Assembly (NCBI GenBank): GCA_963774025.1 | Contig: CAVZDL010000016.1 | Coordinates: forward strand, 10,919-74,918 | Length of the DNA: 64,000 bases | Direction: 5' to 3' | DNA from: an uncultured Conexibacteraceae bacterium | GTDB lineage: Bacteria; Actinomycetota; Thermoleophilia; Solirubrobacterales; Solirubrobacteraceae | Shown here: in pieces, positions 36,200 through 45,137 of the stretch | Layout of the letters: each line of letters opens with the position of its first letter | How positions within the stretch are numbered: the first letter of the stretch is position 1 | The notes under the pieces: model-generated | What the model was told of the DNA's origin: nothing | The model's database searches: none | Seen by the model: the letters and a program-made list of their open reading frames with translations, nothing else | Position numbers and translations under genes: made by a program

Positions 36200-36297
36200 G
36201 TCCCCACCCGCTCGCCCGCGTCAACCGGCCAGCACGGCCATGTGTACCGCCGCGGCAGCTCGGGAATGTCTCGGGAATGTACTTGCTAGGTCAACCC

Positions 36298-36325
36298 TTG
36301 ACAGCTCAACCAAATCGTGTAATCT
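36298..36325 (+). promoter_or_regulatory. sigma-70-like promoter upstream of the yceI-like operon
   Basis: TTGACA (36298-36303), a 16-nt spacer, then TAATCT (36320-36325). It overlaps the inverted repeat GTCAAcccTTGAC (36290-36302). Confidence 0.45.
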
Positions 36326-36363
36326 AGTAGTTGCAAGCTCAACTACCCACAAAGGATTTGAAA

Positions 36364-36912
36364 ATGTCAACCATCACCCCTGACGCTATCCAGACCGGCA
36401 CTTACACGGTCGATGGCGCACATTCCAACGTCGGCTTTGAGGTCCGCCACATGGGCATCGCCACCGTGCGCGGCAGCTTCAAGAAGTTCGAGGGCACGGT
36501 CGAGTCCGATAACGGCACGCTCAGGCTCTCCGGCTCAGTCGACGTATCGACGGTCGACACCGGCGAGGCGCAGCGCGACGGCCACCTTCAGTCGCCGGAG
36601 TTCTTCGACGCCGCCCAGTTCCCCCAGATCACCTTCGTATCCACCGGTGCCCATCCCGCCGGCGACGGTCAGATCAAGCTGACCGGCGACATCACGATCA
36701 AGGGCGTCACCAAGCCGATCGAGCTCGCAGGCGAAATCGGCGAGAACGGTCAGGATCCGTGGGGCAACGAGCGCATCGGCTTCGAGCTCGAGGGCAAGAT
36801 CGACCGCCGCGAGTTCGACCTCAAGTGGAACCAGACCCTCCCCAATGGCAACCTCCTGGTCGCCAATGAGGTGAAGCTCGTCATCAGCGTCTCGGCGGTC
36901 AAGGCAGCCTAA
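36364..36912 (+). CDS. YceI-family (polyisoprenoid-binding-like) protein
   Basis: ATG 36364 is preceded by AAGGA. HSNVGFEVRHMGIATVRGSF and the later beta-barrel pattern are typical of YceI. Confidence 0.85.
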   Translation: MSTITPDAIQTGTYTVDGAHSNVGFEVRHMGIATVRGSFKKFEGTVESDNGTLRLSGSVDVSTVDTGEAQRDGHLQSPEFFDAAQFPQITFVSTGAHPAGDGQIKLTGDITIKGVTKPIELAGEIGENGQDPWGNERIGFELEGKIDRREFDLKWNQTLPNGNLLVANEVKLVISVSAVKAA

Positions 36913-36913
36913 G

Positions 36914-37468
36914 GTGACCAAGGTCCTTGCCATCTCCGGCAGTCTGCGCAGACTCTCGTACAACACAGGTCTGTTGCGGGCTGCCGCCGAGCACACGCCC
37001 GAGGACGTCGAGGTGGAGATCTACGACGACCTCGAGTCGCTCGCCCCGTACAACGCGGATCGCGAGCGCGACCATCCGGAGAGCGTCGACCGGCTGCTCG
37101 ACAAGATCGAGGATGCCGACGCCCTACTGATCGCCACGCCTGAGTTCAACACGGCACTGCCCGGCCAGCTCAAGCACCTGGTCGATTGGGGCTCGCGCCC
37201 CTACGGTCCGGAGGCGAAGCTGTACGGCAAGCCGGTCGCCGTGATCGGTGCCAGCACGACCGCGTACGGTGCGATGTGGGCGCAGGACCAGCTGCGCAAG
37301 GCGCTCGGGATCGCGGGCGCGCGAGTCAGCGACGTCGAGCTCTCGGTCGGCCATGCCGAAGACAAGTTCGACGAGCACGGCAGTCTGATCGACGAAGAGG
37401 CGCTCGAGCAGCTCGAGCATGTGCTCCGCGAACTCGTCGAGCACCACCATTCACTCGCTAACGTCTAA
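36914..37468 (+). CDS. NAD(P)H-dependent FMN reductase
   Basis: Start MTKVLAISGSLRRLSYN, then LIATPEFNTALPGQLKHLVDW (flavodoxin-like NADPH-FMN reductase family). Confidence 0.85.
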   Translation: MTKVLAISGSLRRLSYNTGLLRAAAEHTPEDVEVEIYDDLESLAPYNADRERDHPESVDRLLDKIEDADALLIATPEFNTALPGQLKHLVDWGSRPYGPEAKLYGKPVAVIGASTTAYGAMWAQDQLRKALGIAGARVSDVELSVGHAEDKFDEHGSLIDEEALEQLEHVLRELVEHHHSLANV

Positions 37469-37480
37469 CGACCAGCGCCG

Positions 37481-38380
37481 ATGACCGTCCAAACGCCGAC
37501 CGATCCCAGCCCCTCGATCGCGCCCGCGACGGCCATCGGCCGCGTCCACCTGACGGTCTCCGAGCTCGAGCGCTCGCGCACGTTTTACGAGCGACTGCTC
37601 GGACTACGCGCGACCGAGCAACCCGACGGTTCGATTCTGTTGGGAGGGGCGGCTACCTGGCCGCCCCTCCTCTCGCTCGTCGGCGACAGCTCCGCGTCAC
37701 GCCGAGACCCGCGCCAAACCGGCCTGTTCCACTTCGCGATCCTGGTGCCGAGCCGGCGTGACCTGGCGGTGGCACTCACCCGGCTGGTTCAGGGCGGCTG
37801 GCGCCTGAGCGGCGCGTCCGACCACCTGGTGAGCGAGGCGCTGTACCTCAATGATCCGGACGGGAACGGCATCGAGATCTACTGGGACCGTGACCGCTCA
37901 ACCTGGCAGCGCGATGCGGACGGTCAGCTCGCGATGGCGACGCTGCCGCTCGACATCGAGGAGCTGCTGCACGAGCTCGACGACGCGCCGTTCGATCCCG
38001 ACGCCGATGCGCTCATGCCCGAGGGCACGCGCATCGGGCACATGCACCTGCAGGTCTCTGAGCTCGAGCAGATCGAGCGTTTCTACGCGGGCGTGCTCGG
38101 TTTTGATGTGATGGTGCGCGCCTACCCCGGCGCCCTGTTCGTCTCCGCCGGCGGCTACCACCACCACATCGGGCTGAACACGTGGAACAGCCGCGGTGGC
38201 AGCACTCCCCCGCCCGGCGCAGTCGGCCTCGGCGCCTACGAGCTCAAGCTGCCTGACGCAGCCGCACTCGCGGAGGTGCTCGCGCGCGTAGACGAAGCCG
38301 GCATCGCGACCGAGGCGGCGCCTGACGGCGCCACGCTCGTGCGCGACCCGAGCGGCAACGCCATCCTGCTCACTGCCTGA
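37481..38380 (+). CDS. two-domain VOC (glyoxalase / extradiol dioxygenase-like) protein
   Basis: 299 aa with two repeats of the VOC module (IGRVHLTVSELERSRTFYE... and IGHMHLQVSELEQIERFYA...). Confidence 0.8.
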   Translation: MTVQTPTDPSPSIAPATAIGRVHLTVSELERSRTFYERLLGLRATEQPDGSILLGGAATWPPLLSLVGDSSASRRDPRQTGLFHFAILVPSRRDLAVALTRLVQGGWRLSGASDHLVSEALYLNDPDGNGIEIYWDRDRSTWQRDADGQLAMATLPLDIEELLHELDDAPFDPDADALMPEGTRIGHMHLQVSELEQIERFYAGVLGFDVMVRAYPGALFVSAGGYHHHIGLNTWNSRGGSTPPPGAVGLGAYELKLPDAAALAEVLARVDEAGIATEAAPDGATLVRDPSGNAILLTA

Positions 38381-38381
38381 T

Positions 38382-38996
38382 CTAGCCCCGCCGGGCTCCG
38401 GTCGGCGGTCGGCGTCTGGGGGCGCGCAGCAGACCCCGCGTGGTCTCGATCAGCACCGCGCGTAGCTCGTCGAGGTCGGCGTCCGGAAACTGCGCGATCA
38501 CACCACCGATGGCGCGCGTCGCCATCGTCACGCGCACCTGCTCGCTGAATTCGAGCCCGTCGCCCGCGAGTCGTCTCTGCAGGCGGTCGCGGCGCGCGGC
38601 GTTCCCGCCGGAGATCGCCGGGTGTGCGACGATCGCCAGGTCGCTCGCCATGTACGCGATCAGCCGCCTCTGGCGAAGCATCACGTCGATGTAGTCCTCC
38701 ACGAAGCGGCGGCGGCGTGCGGGCGTGTCGGCCTCCTGCTCATCGGCGTTCAGGAGTGCGTCGAGGTCGGCGATCGCGGGCGCGATCAGAGCCCGAAGCA
38801 GGTCGTCCTTCGAGCGGAAGTGGTAATAGAGCGCGGCCTTGGTGAGTCCCAGCCGATCGGCGATCTGCTGGAGCGTCGTGCCGTCGAACCCATGCTCAGA
38901 GAACAGCTCGAGCGCAGCATCGAGAATCCGCGCACGCGTCGCGGAGACTGGCGAAACGGGCGCGAACGCCGGGCCGGTTGTTGCTGGGACGGACAT
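38382..38996 (-). CDS. TetR-family transcriptional regulator
   Basis: N-terminal HTH: RILDAALELFSEHGFDGTTLQQIADRLGLTKAALYYHF. Confidence 0.9.
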   Translation of the reverse strand: MSVPATTGPAFAPVSPVSATRARILDAALELFSEHGFDGTTLQQIADRLGLTKAALYYHFRSKDDLLRALIAPAIADLDALLNADEQEADTPARRRRFVEDYIDVMLRQRRLIAYMASDLAIVAHPAISGGNAARRDRLQRRLAGDGLEFSEQVRVTMATRAIGGVIAQFPDADLDELRAVLIETTRGLLRAPRRRPPTGARRG

Positions 38997-39162
38997 CGTG
39001 CAGAACGCTACCAGTCCGCTTACCTCCTGGCAAGTACCGACTTACCGTTTAGTCAGTTTTTACTTGACAGCTGGTAAGTGGCACGTCACCATCAGGCGCT
39101 CCACGGACCCCACCGCCGTCGGTGCTGGACGCAACCGCCGCCGCCAACTTCGGAGAAACCTC

Positions 39163-41400
39163 ATGAGATCCATTGCCAGATGGTGCGTCACCCACCGCCG
39201 GCTTGTGCTCGCCGCCTGGCTGGTGGGCGTGATCGGCTTGGCGGCGCTCAGCACGAGCGCCGGCACCGCGTACAACGACAGCTTCAGCCTGAACGGTACG
39301 CAGAGCTACGAGGCGCTTCAGTTGCTCGAGCACGCCGCCCCCAAGGCCGCGGGCGACCGTGAGCAGATCGTGATCGCGGTCAAGCACGGACGCGTCACGG
39401 ATCCCGCCGTGAAGGCGCGCGCCGAGGCGATGCTCGCTCGCGTGGCCAAGCTACCTGACGTGGCGTCGATCGCATCGCCCTACGCCGCCAAGGCCGCCGC
39501 GCAGGTGTCGCACTCTGGTCAGGTGGCGTTCGCGATCGTGACGATGTCCGAGCAGGCGTCGAAGTTCACGGTCGGCCAGGCCACGAAGTTCGTCAACACC
39601 GCGAAGGCCGGAGCCGGTGCCGGCATGGAGGTCGCCGTCGGCGGCCAGGTCGCCGAGCAGAGCCTCAAGACCAACATCTCGACCGCCGGCCTCGGCGCCC
39701 TGGCGGCGCTGATCGTGCTGTTCATCGTGTTCGGATCGATGCTGGCAGCCGTGCTGCCGCTGCTCGGCACCGGCTTGGCGCTGGGTGCAGGGACGGCAAC
39801 GATCGGTCTTCTGTCCCACCTGATCCAGATGGCATCGTTCAGTTCGCAGCTCTCGCTGTTGATCGGTCTCGGCGTCGGCGTCGACTATGCCCTCTTCATC
39901 GTGACGCGCTATCGGCAGGGACTCCAGCGCGGCAAGAGCATCGAGGACGCGATCGTCGACGCGGTCGACACCTCCGGCCGAGCGGTCCTGTTCGCCGGGA
40001 TGACCGTCTGCATCGCGCTGCTCGGAATGTTCGCGCTCGGGGTCAGCTTCCTGTACGGAGTCGCGATCGCGGCGTCCATCGTGGTCGCCTTCACAGTCCT
40101 ATCGGCGTTGACGCTGCTTCCGGCCCTGCTCGGGTTCATGGGCCCCCGCGTGCTCGGCCGGCGTGCCCGCCGCAGCCTTGCCGCCGGTGAGCTGAAGACG
40201 AGCGACGGATCGGGCTGGTGGGTCCGCTGGTCGGGCGTGCTGGAGTCGCGGCCTGCGCTGATCGCGACGCTCGCCGCTGTGTTGATGGCCGTGATTGCGA
40301 TCCCGTTCCTATCCATGCGCCTCGGCTCTTCAGACGCCGGCTCCGATCCCGCCGGCAGTACCACCAGGCAGGCTTATGACCTCTTGGCCAAGGGCTTCGG
40401 GCCTGGCTACAACGGCCCGCTCCAGCTGGTCGCCCAGATCCACAACGCCGGCGAGCAGGCCGCCTTCGCGAAGGTGACGCACGCTGTGGCCGGCACCAAG
40501 GGCGTCGTACGGGTCACTGCGCCGGTAACGCTCCAAGGCAAGCAGGGCGCGCCGCCGGTGACCAGTGCCGACGTCTACCCGCAGGGCTCACCCCAGGCGG
40601 CCTCGACGAGCACCCTGCTGACGAAGCTGCGCAACACGGTCGTCCCCCGTGCCAGCGCCGGTACTGGCCTGCACGTCCTGATCGGCGGCCAGACCGCCAT
40701 CTTCGCGGACTTCTCAAAGGTGCTCTCGAGCAAGCTGGCGCTGTTCATCGGCGTCGTGGTGATCCTGTCCTTCCTGCTGCTGACGGCGGTCTTCCGCAGC
40801 CTGGCTATCCCGGCGATGGCCGCGGTCATGAACATGCTGTCGGCGGGCGCAGCGTTCGGCGTGATCACCGCCGTGTTCCAGTTCGGCTGGCTCAGCTCCT
40901 TACTCGGCGTCAATCAGACCGGCCCGATCGAGGCGTTCGTCCCGGTGATGATGTTCGCGATCCTGTTCGGGCTCTCGATGGATTACGAGGTGTTCCTCGT
41001 CAGCCGCATCTACGAGGAGTGGCACCGCACCGGCGACAACCGCCTTGCCGTGACGCGCGGCCTGGCGGCCACCGGCCGCACGATCACAGCTGCGGCCGCG
41101 ATCATGATCCTCGTCTTCGCCTCGTTCATCCTCGGCGGACAGGTGATCATCGAGATGTTCGGCCTCGGCCTCGCGGCCGCCGTGCTGATGGACGCTTTGA
41201 TTGTCCGCTCGGTGCTCGTCCCCGCCCTGATGCTCGTGGTAGGCAAGGCCAACTGGGCGCTCCCGAAAGCGCTCGATCGTGTGATCCCGCACCTCAATGT
41301 CGAGGGCAGCGTCGAGCACGACGACGCGGACGCCGAGGCATCTCGTGAGTCCCACGATCGCCACCCGGCGCGTCCCGAGCCCGCGCCCTCGACGGCTTGA
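39163..41400 (+). CDS. MMPL-family (RND superfamily) membrane transporter
   Basis: Start MRSIARWCVTHRRLVLAAWLV at ATG 39163. Two 6-TM bundles, each with conserved GVGVDYALFIVTRY / GLSMDYEVFLVSRI blocks. The upstream part of the track ORF overlaps tetR in antisense. Confidence 0.9.
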   Translation: MRSIARWCVTHRRLVLAAWLVGVIGLAALSTSAGTAYNDSFSLNGTQSYEALQLLEHAAPKAAGDREQIVIAVKHGRVTDPAVKARAEAMLARVAKLPDVASIASPYAAKAAAQVSHSGQVAFAIVTMSEQASKFTVGQATKFVNTAKAGAGAGMEVAVGGQVAEQSLKTNISTAGLGALAALIVLFIVFGSMLAAVLPLLGTGLALGAGTATIGLLSHLIQMASFSSQLSLLIGLGVGVDYALFIVTRYRQGLQRGKSIEDAIVDAVDTSGRAVLFAGMTVCIALLGMFALGVSFLYGVAIAASIVVAFTVLSALTLLPALLGFMGPRVLGRRARRSLAAGELKTSDGSGWWVRWSGVLESRPALIATLAAVLMAVIAIPFLSMRLGSSDAGSDPAGSTTRQAYDLLAKGFGPGYNGPLQLVAQIHNAGEQAAFAKVTHAVAGTKGVVRVTAPVTLQGKQGAPPVTSADVYPQGSPQAASTSTLLTKLRNTVVPRASAGTGLHVLIGGQTAIFADFSKVLSSKLALFIGVVVILSFLLLTAVFRSLAIPAMAAVMNMLSAGAAFGVITAVFQFGWLSSLLGVNQTGPIEAFVPVMMFAILFGLSMDYEVFLVSRIYEEWHRTGDNRLAVTRGLAATGRTITAAAAIMILVFASFILGGQVIIEMFGLGLAAAVLMDALIVRSVLVPALMLVVGKANWALPKALDRVIPHLNVEGSVEHDDADAEASRESHDRHPARPEPAPSTA

Positions 41401-41479
41401 CACGACGCGGTTTCACCCACGACGCACACGACATGCGGCCGGCCGGGCGACCCGGCCGGCCGCTAACCTACGGGAGCCT

Positions 41480-41550
41480 GGCGACGTGGGAGAGCGGCTA
41501 TCCAGCGGCCTGCAAAGCCGTTTACACCGGTTCGAGTCCGGTCGTCGCCT
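41480..41550 (+). tRNA. tRNA-Cys (anticodon GCA), CCA not encoded
   Basis: Hand fold: GGCGACG/CGTCGCC acceptor, anticodon loop CTGCAAA, ACCGG/CCGGT T-stem with TTCGAGT loop, and discriminator U73 as expected for tRNA-Cys. Confidence 0.85.
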
Positions 41551-41701
41551 CTCCGGAAACCCTGCTCTTTTCCGGGGGTCGACTCTTCGGGTTCCACCCT
41601 GATGCGGGATGGGCGATTGGGCAGCGCTGACCAGTGGGTTAGGGTTCCAGTCGTTCGGGTAGGCCGAAGCGGGCGACTGCCTGGGTCGTGGACGGCGTTG
41701 C

Positions 41702-43027
41702 TCAGCTGCCGAAGAACTGCTGGTAGATAAGGAAGATGTTCATCGCGCTGATCACGATCGCGATCGCCCAGGCGGACGTTTGAAGGGTGCGGCTGTTCGC
41801 GTGGACGCCCATGATGTCGCGGCGGCCGGTGAGGATCACGAGTGGTATGAGCGCGACTGGGATGCCGAAGGAGAGCACGACCTGGCTGAGGACCAGAACG
41901 TTGGTCGGGTTCAGTCCGATCGCGAGCACGGTGAGCGCAGGGATCATCGTGATAGTTCGGCGCAGCGCCAGCGGGATCTGGAAGTTGATGAAGCCGGCCA
42001 TCACGACCTGACCGGCGTAGGTGCCGACGCTTGAGGAGGACGCGCCGGAAGCGAGAAGCGCGACTGCGAACGCGAGTGCGGCGCCACCACCGACGAGATG
42101 CCCAAGCTGGGCGTGTGCCTGTTGGATCGTGCTCAGGCCTGAGAGGGCGTGGGTGTGGAAGAGCTTGCCGGCGACGGCGAGCATCGCCATGTTGACCAAG
42201 CCGGCGAGCCCGAGCGCGATGTACACGTCGAGGCGCTCGAAGCGCAGAACACGCTTTTTCTCACTGTCGTTCCGGGTCTGCATGCGGCCTTTGGTCAGCG
42301 CGGAGTGCAGGTAGATCACGTGTGGCATCACGGTCGCGCCGACGATCCCGACAGCGATGTAGATGTAGCTGGTGCCGTGCATGCTGGGCAACAGGCCGTG
42401 GAGCGAGCCGTGCACGGACGGGCCGATCCGTAGCGTCTCATACAGGAAGCCGGCGAAGATGATGCCGAGCAGTGCGCTGATCGCGAGCTCAAACTTGCGG
42501 AACCCGAGCGCCTGCAGCCCGAGGATCCCGAACGCGACCACGCCGGTCATCAGCCCCGCGACGAACAGCGGCACGCCGAATAGCAGATTCAGACCGATCG
42601 CCGCTCCGATGAACTCCGCGAGGTCGGTCGACATCGCCATGATCTCGGCCTGCACCCACATCGCCCAGGTGAACGCGCGCGGAAAGTGCTCGCGCACGAC
42701 CTCGGGATAGTTGTGGTCGGTGACGATCCCGAGCTTCGCTGACAGGTACTGGATCACCATCGCGACGAGGTTCGCGGCGAGCACGACCCACAGCAACAGA
42801 TAGCCGAACTGGGCGCCGCCCTGCACGTTGGTCGCGAAGTTCCCCGGATCGACATAGGCGATCGATGCGACGAACGCGGGGCCGAGCATGAACAAGGTCG
42901 CTCGCAGCTTCCCGCGCGAAAGGAGCCGTTCAAGCGCGCTCTCCTCGAGCTGCTCGTACAGCGGTAGCGTTTGGCCGGCGCCAGCACCCTCCAGCGCCGG
43001 AACCCGAGGAGTCGGTGGCGGCGTCAC
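41702..43027 (-). CDS. mntH: Nramp-family divalent metal (Mn2+/Fe2+) transporter
   Basis: Contains GPAFVASIAYVDPGNFATN (Nramp signature DPGN) and about 11 TM segments. The track start (TTG 43135) adds an Arg-rich, poorly coding N-terminus. GTG 43027 is proposed but uncertain. Confidence 0.88.
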   Translation of the reverse strand: MTPPPTPRVPALEGAGAGQTLPLYEQLEESALERLLSRGKLRATLFMLGPAFVASIAYVDPGNFATNVQGGAQFGYLLLWVVLAANLVAMVIQYLSAKLGIVTDHNYPEVVREHFPRAFTWAMWVQAEIMAMSTDLAEFIGAAIGLNLLFGVPLFVAGLMTGVVAFGILGLQALGFRKFELAISALLGIIFAGFLYETLRIGPSVHGSLHGLLPSMHGTSYIYIAVGIVGATVMPHVIYLHSALTKGRMQTRNDSEKKRVLRFERLDVYIALGLAGLVNMAMLAVAGKLFHTHALSGLSTIQQAHAQLGHLVGGGAALAFAVALLASGASSSSVGTYAGQVVMAGFINFQIPLALRRTITMIPALTVLAIGLNPTNVLVLSQVVLSFGIPVALIPLVILTGRRDIMGVHANSRTLQTSAWAIAIVISAMNIFLIYQQFFGS

Positions 43028-43142
43028 AGGCGTTCTCTCTGCTTCTTGGCAGCGGCGCAATGCCGCTGTCGGGTGCCGGTCATCCAGCGGGCTTCTTGAC
43101 GGTCGATCAGAACGATGCGGCCAGCCTAAACACAAAAGTCCA

Positions 43143-43177
43143 CATAGTCAAATGTTTGATTCCTCCAAATCATAGTC
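43143..43177. promoter_or_regulatory. candidate DtxR/MntR operator in the mntH-mntR divergent region
   Basis: AT-rich island in a GC-rich genome: CATAGTC-AAATGTTTGA-TTCCTCCAAAT-CATAGTC. It contains the inverted repeat TCAAA-TG-TTTGA (43148-43159) and a CATAGTC direct repeat (43143, 43171). Confidence 0.35.
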
Positions 43178-43248
43178 TGAGACATCGATCCGGTGCACTA
43201 TTTTTCATCGGCCTCGATTTCTCAGTCGACGGCAGGTATGCTGCGCAG

Positions 43249-43920
43249 ATGGCGACCGTCGCCGCCCACGCGCTCTCCGCACCGGTTGAGGACTACCTCA
43301 AGGCGATCTACTCGCTCACGCACGGCGAGCGTGAGAGCACGTCCACGAGTGATCTAGCAAAACGCCTACAGCTGACGCCGGGCTCGGTATCCACGATGAT
43401 CAAGCGCCTCGATCAGACCGGCCTGGTCGAGCACGCCCCGTATCACGGCGTGCGACTCACGCCCGAGGGCCAGCGGATCGCGCTCGCCGTGATCCGCCGC
43501 CACCGCCTGCTCGAGTTATTCCTCGCCGCGAGCCTCGATGTCCCCTGGGAGGACGTCGACCGCTACGCCGACGCACTCGAACACTCAGCGACCGACGAGC
43601 TGATCGAAATCATCGCCCACAGGCTCGGTGACCCCGCCTCAGACCCCCACGGCGACCCGATCCCCACCCGCGACTTGCAGATCGACGACCCAGCGACACG
43701 CAGCCTCGCCGAACTCGAGCCCGGCCAGCGCGCCACGCTCGTGCGAGTCTCCGACTCAGATCCCGCGATGCTGCGCTATCTCACCGAGCAGGGCATAACA
43801 ATCGGCGACGAAATCGAGATGATCGCCCGCCAGCCCTTTGACGGTCCGTGCGAGGTCAGCATCGGCGAGCACAGCCACACCCTTGGACTCACCCTCGCCC
43901 GCGCGATCCGCGTCCGATAA
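43249..43920 (+). CDS. DtxR/IdeR/MntR-family metal-dependent repressor with C-terminal FeoA/SH3-like domain
   Basis: Start MATVAAHALSAPVEDYLKAIYSL at ATG 43249. HTH region DLAKRLQLTPGSVSTMIKRL, RRHRLLELFL, and metal-site residues in ADALEHSATDE. Confidence 0.88.
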   Translation: MATVAAHALSAPVEDYLKAIYSLTHGERESTSTSDLAKRLQLTPGSVSTMIKRLDQTGLVEHAPYHGVRLTPEGQRIALAVIRRHRLLELFLAASLDVPWEDVDRYADALEHSATDELIEIIAHRLGDPASDPHGDPIPTRDLQIDDPATRSLAELEPGQRATLVRVSDSDPAMLRYLTEQGITIGDEIEMIARQPFDGPCEVSIGEHSHTLGLTLARAIRVR

Positions 43921-43930
43921 CAGCTCGGCG

Positions 43931-44599
43931 CTACGTGCAGCAGGTGTCGGTACCCCGCCAGCCGTCGCGGCCTTCCTTCAGTGCGATCCCGGCGATCACG
44001 AGCGCCGCGATCGGGTCCAGAAACCCAAGGCCGATGCCGCCCCCCGCGACCGCAACCAGCGCGGCCGCGGCTTGCACGGCGCACATGATGTTCTGAATCC
44101 CCTCTCCGGCAGTCGCGCCGGAGCCAAGCTGGCGCCCAAGCCTCAGCTTGGTCGCACCTAGCAGCGGCATCAACACGATCGCGCTGGCGGGCAGCACGAT
44201 GGCAAGGACAGTCGCGTGCGTGCTGCCGCCGTTGATCAGCTTGCGGATCGCCTCGATCACGAACGCGGGGGCCAGCACGAGGAAGCTGGCGGCAACCCAT
44301 CGCTGAGCGCGGGCCTCACTAGTCGCAGAGAGCGTGCGACGACCCGTGAAGCGCCACACAACGATCAGCGACGCGACCGCCTCAACGAACGAGCTCGCCG
44401 CCCAAGTCATGACGCCGAGGCTGTGCGCCTGGACCCCAGCGATAATTCCAACGAACCCCTCGACGCACATCCACGCCAAACTCGCCCAAGCCAGCAACCT
44501 GGCGTAGCGGGCGGCGCGCAACCACCGCCCGCTCGGCTGGCTGGGTTCGCGTTCTGACGCAGGAGACTGCTGCAGGATCGGCAGCTCTAACGAGCTCAC
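43931..44599 (-). CDS. small polytopic membrane protein, probable metal-cation efflux component (CDF-like TM domain only; C-terminal Cys-Cys)
   Basis: 222 aa with about 6 predicted TM helices and a tail ...GRDGWRGTDTCCT. Overlaps the upstream ArsR gene by 4 nt. Confidence 0.45.
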   Translation of the reverse strand: MSSLELPILQQSPASEREPSQPSGRWLRAARYARLLAWASLAWMCVEGFVGIIAGVQAHSLGVMTWAASSFVEAVASLIVVWRFTGRRTLSATSEARAQRWVAASFLVLAPAFVIEAIRKLINGGSTHATVLAIVLPASAIVLMPLLGATKLRLGRQLGSGATAGEGIQNIMCAVQAAAALVAVAGGGIGLGFLDPIAALVIAGIALKEGRDGWRGTDTCCT

Positions 44600-44958
44600 A
44601 CGACCGCCCCATTGCTGGCGAGGACCGCGTCAAGAAGAGCGCGGCCAGCGTCCGTCAGTCGGTACATGACCATCTTGCCGTCCCGCCGGCTCACCGCGAG
44701 GCCCAGTGATCGCAGCGTCCGCGCGTGGTGCGAAACAAGGTTCTCAGCACGCTCCGTCACCCAAGCCAAATCACATACGCACAGCTCATCGCCCCCAGCG
44801 AGCGCCACGGCAATCCTCAGCCTTGTCGGATCAGACAGCGCCTTGGCACGCGCCGCAAGCAAGTTCGCGGCCTCGTCATCAAGCCGCTCCACGCGCAAAC
44901 GCTCAGCCTTCTCGACGTCCAAACACAACAGCTCGCAACGATCATCAGACACAACCAC
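44596..44958 (-). CDS. ArsR/SmtB-family metalloregulator
   Basis: 120 aa with ALSDPTRLRIAVALAGGDELCVCDLA (CxC metal site in the alpha-3 helix) and a winged HTH. Confidence 0.88.
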   Translation of the reverse strand: MVVSDDRCELLCLDVEKAERLRVERLDDEAANLLAARAKALSDPTRLRIAVALAGGDELCVCDLAWVTERAENLVSHHARTLRSLGLAVSRRDGKMVMYRLTDAGRALLDAVLASNGAVV

Positions 44959-45137
44959 ATCCTAACGTCCATTGCAACGTGCTGAAGAATCGCGCCGGTG
45001 TCGCGCATCTCCCTCATCTCGAAGCCAACTCCGCGATGTTGAACGAAATCAGCAACTTTGCGGACAACGTCGGGGTATCGAGGGGAAGCACTCACCCCCC
45101 TGGGGCTGATTGCCCAGAATGTGGCACGAGCCGCGGC

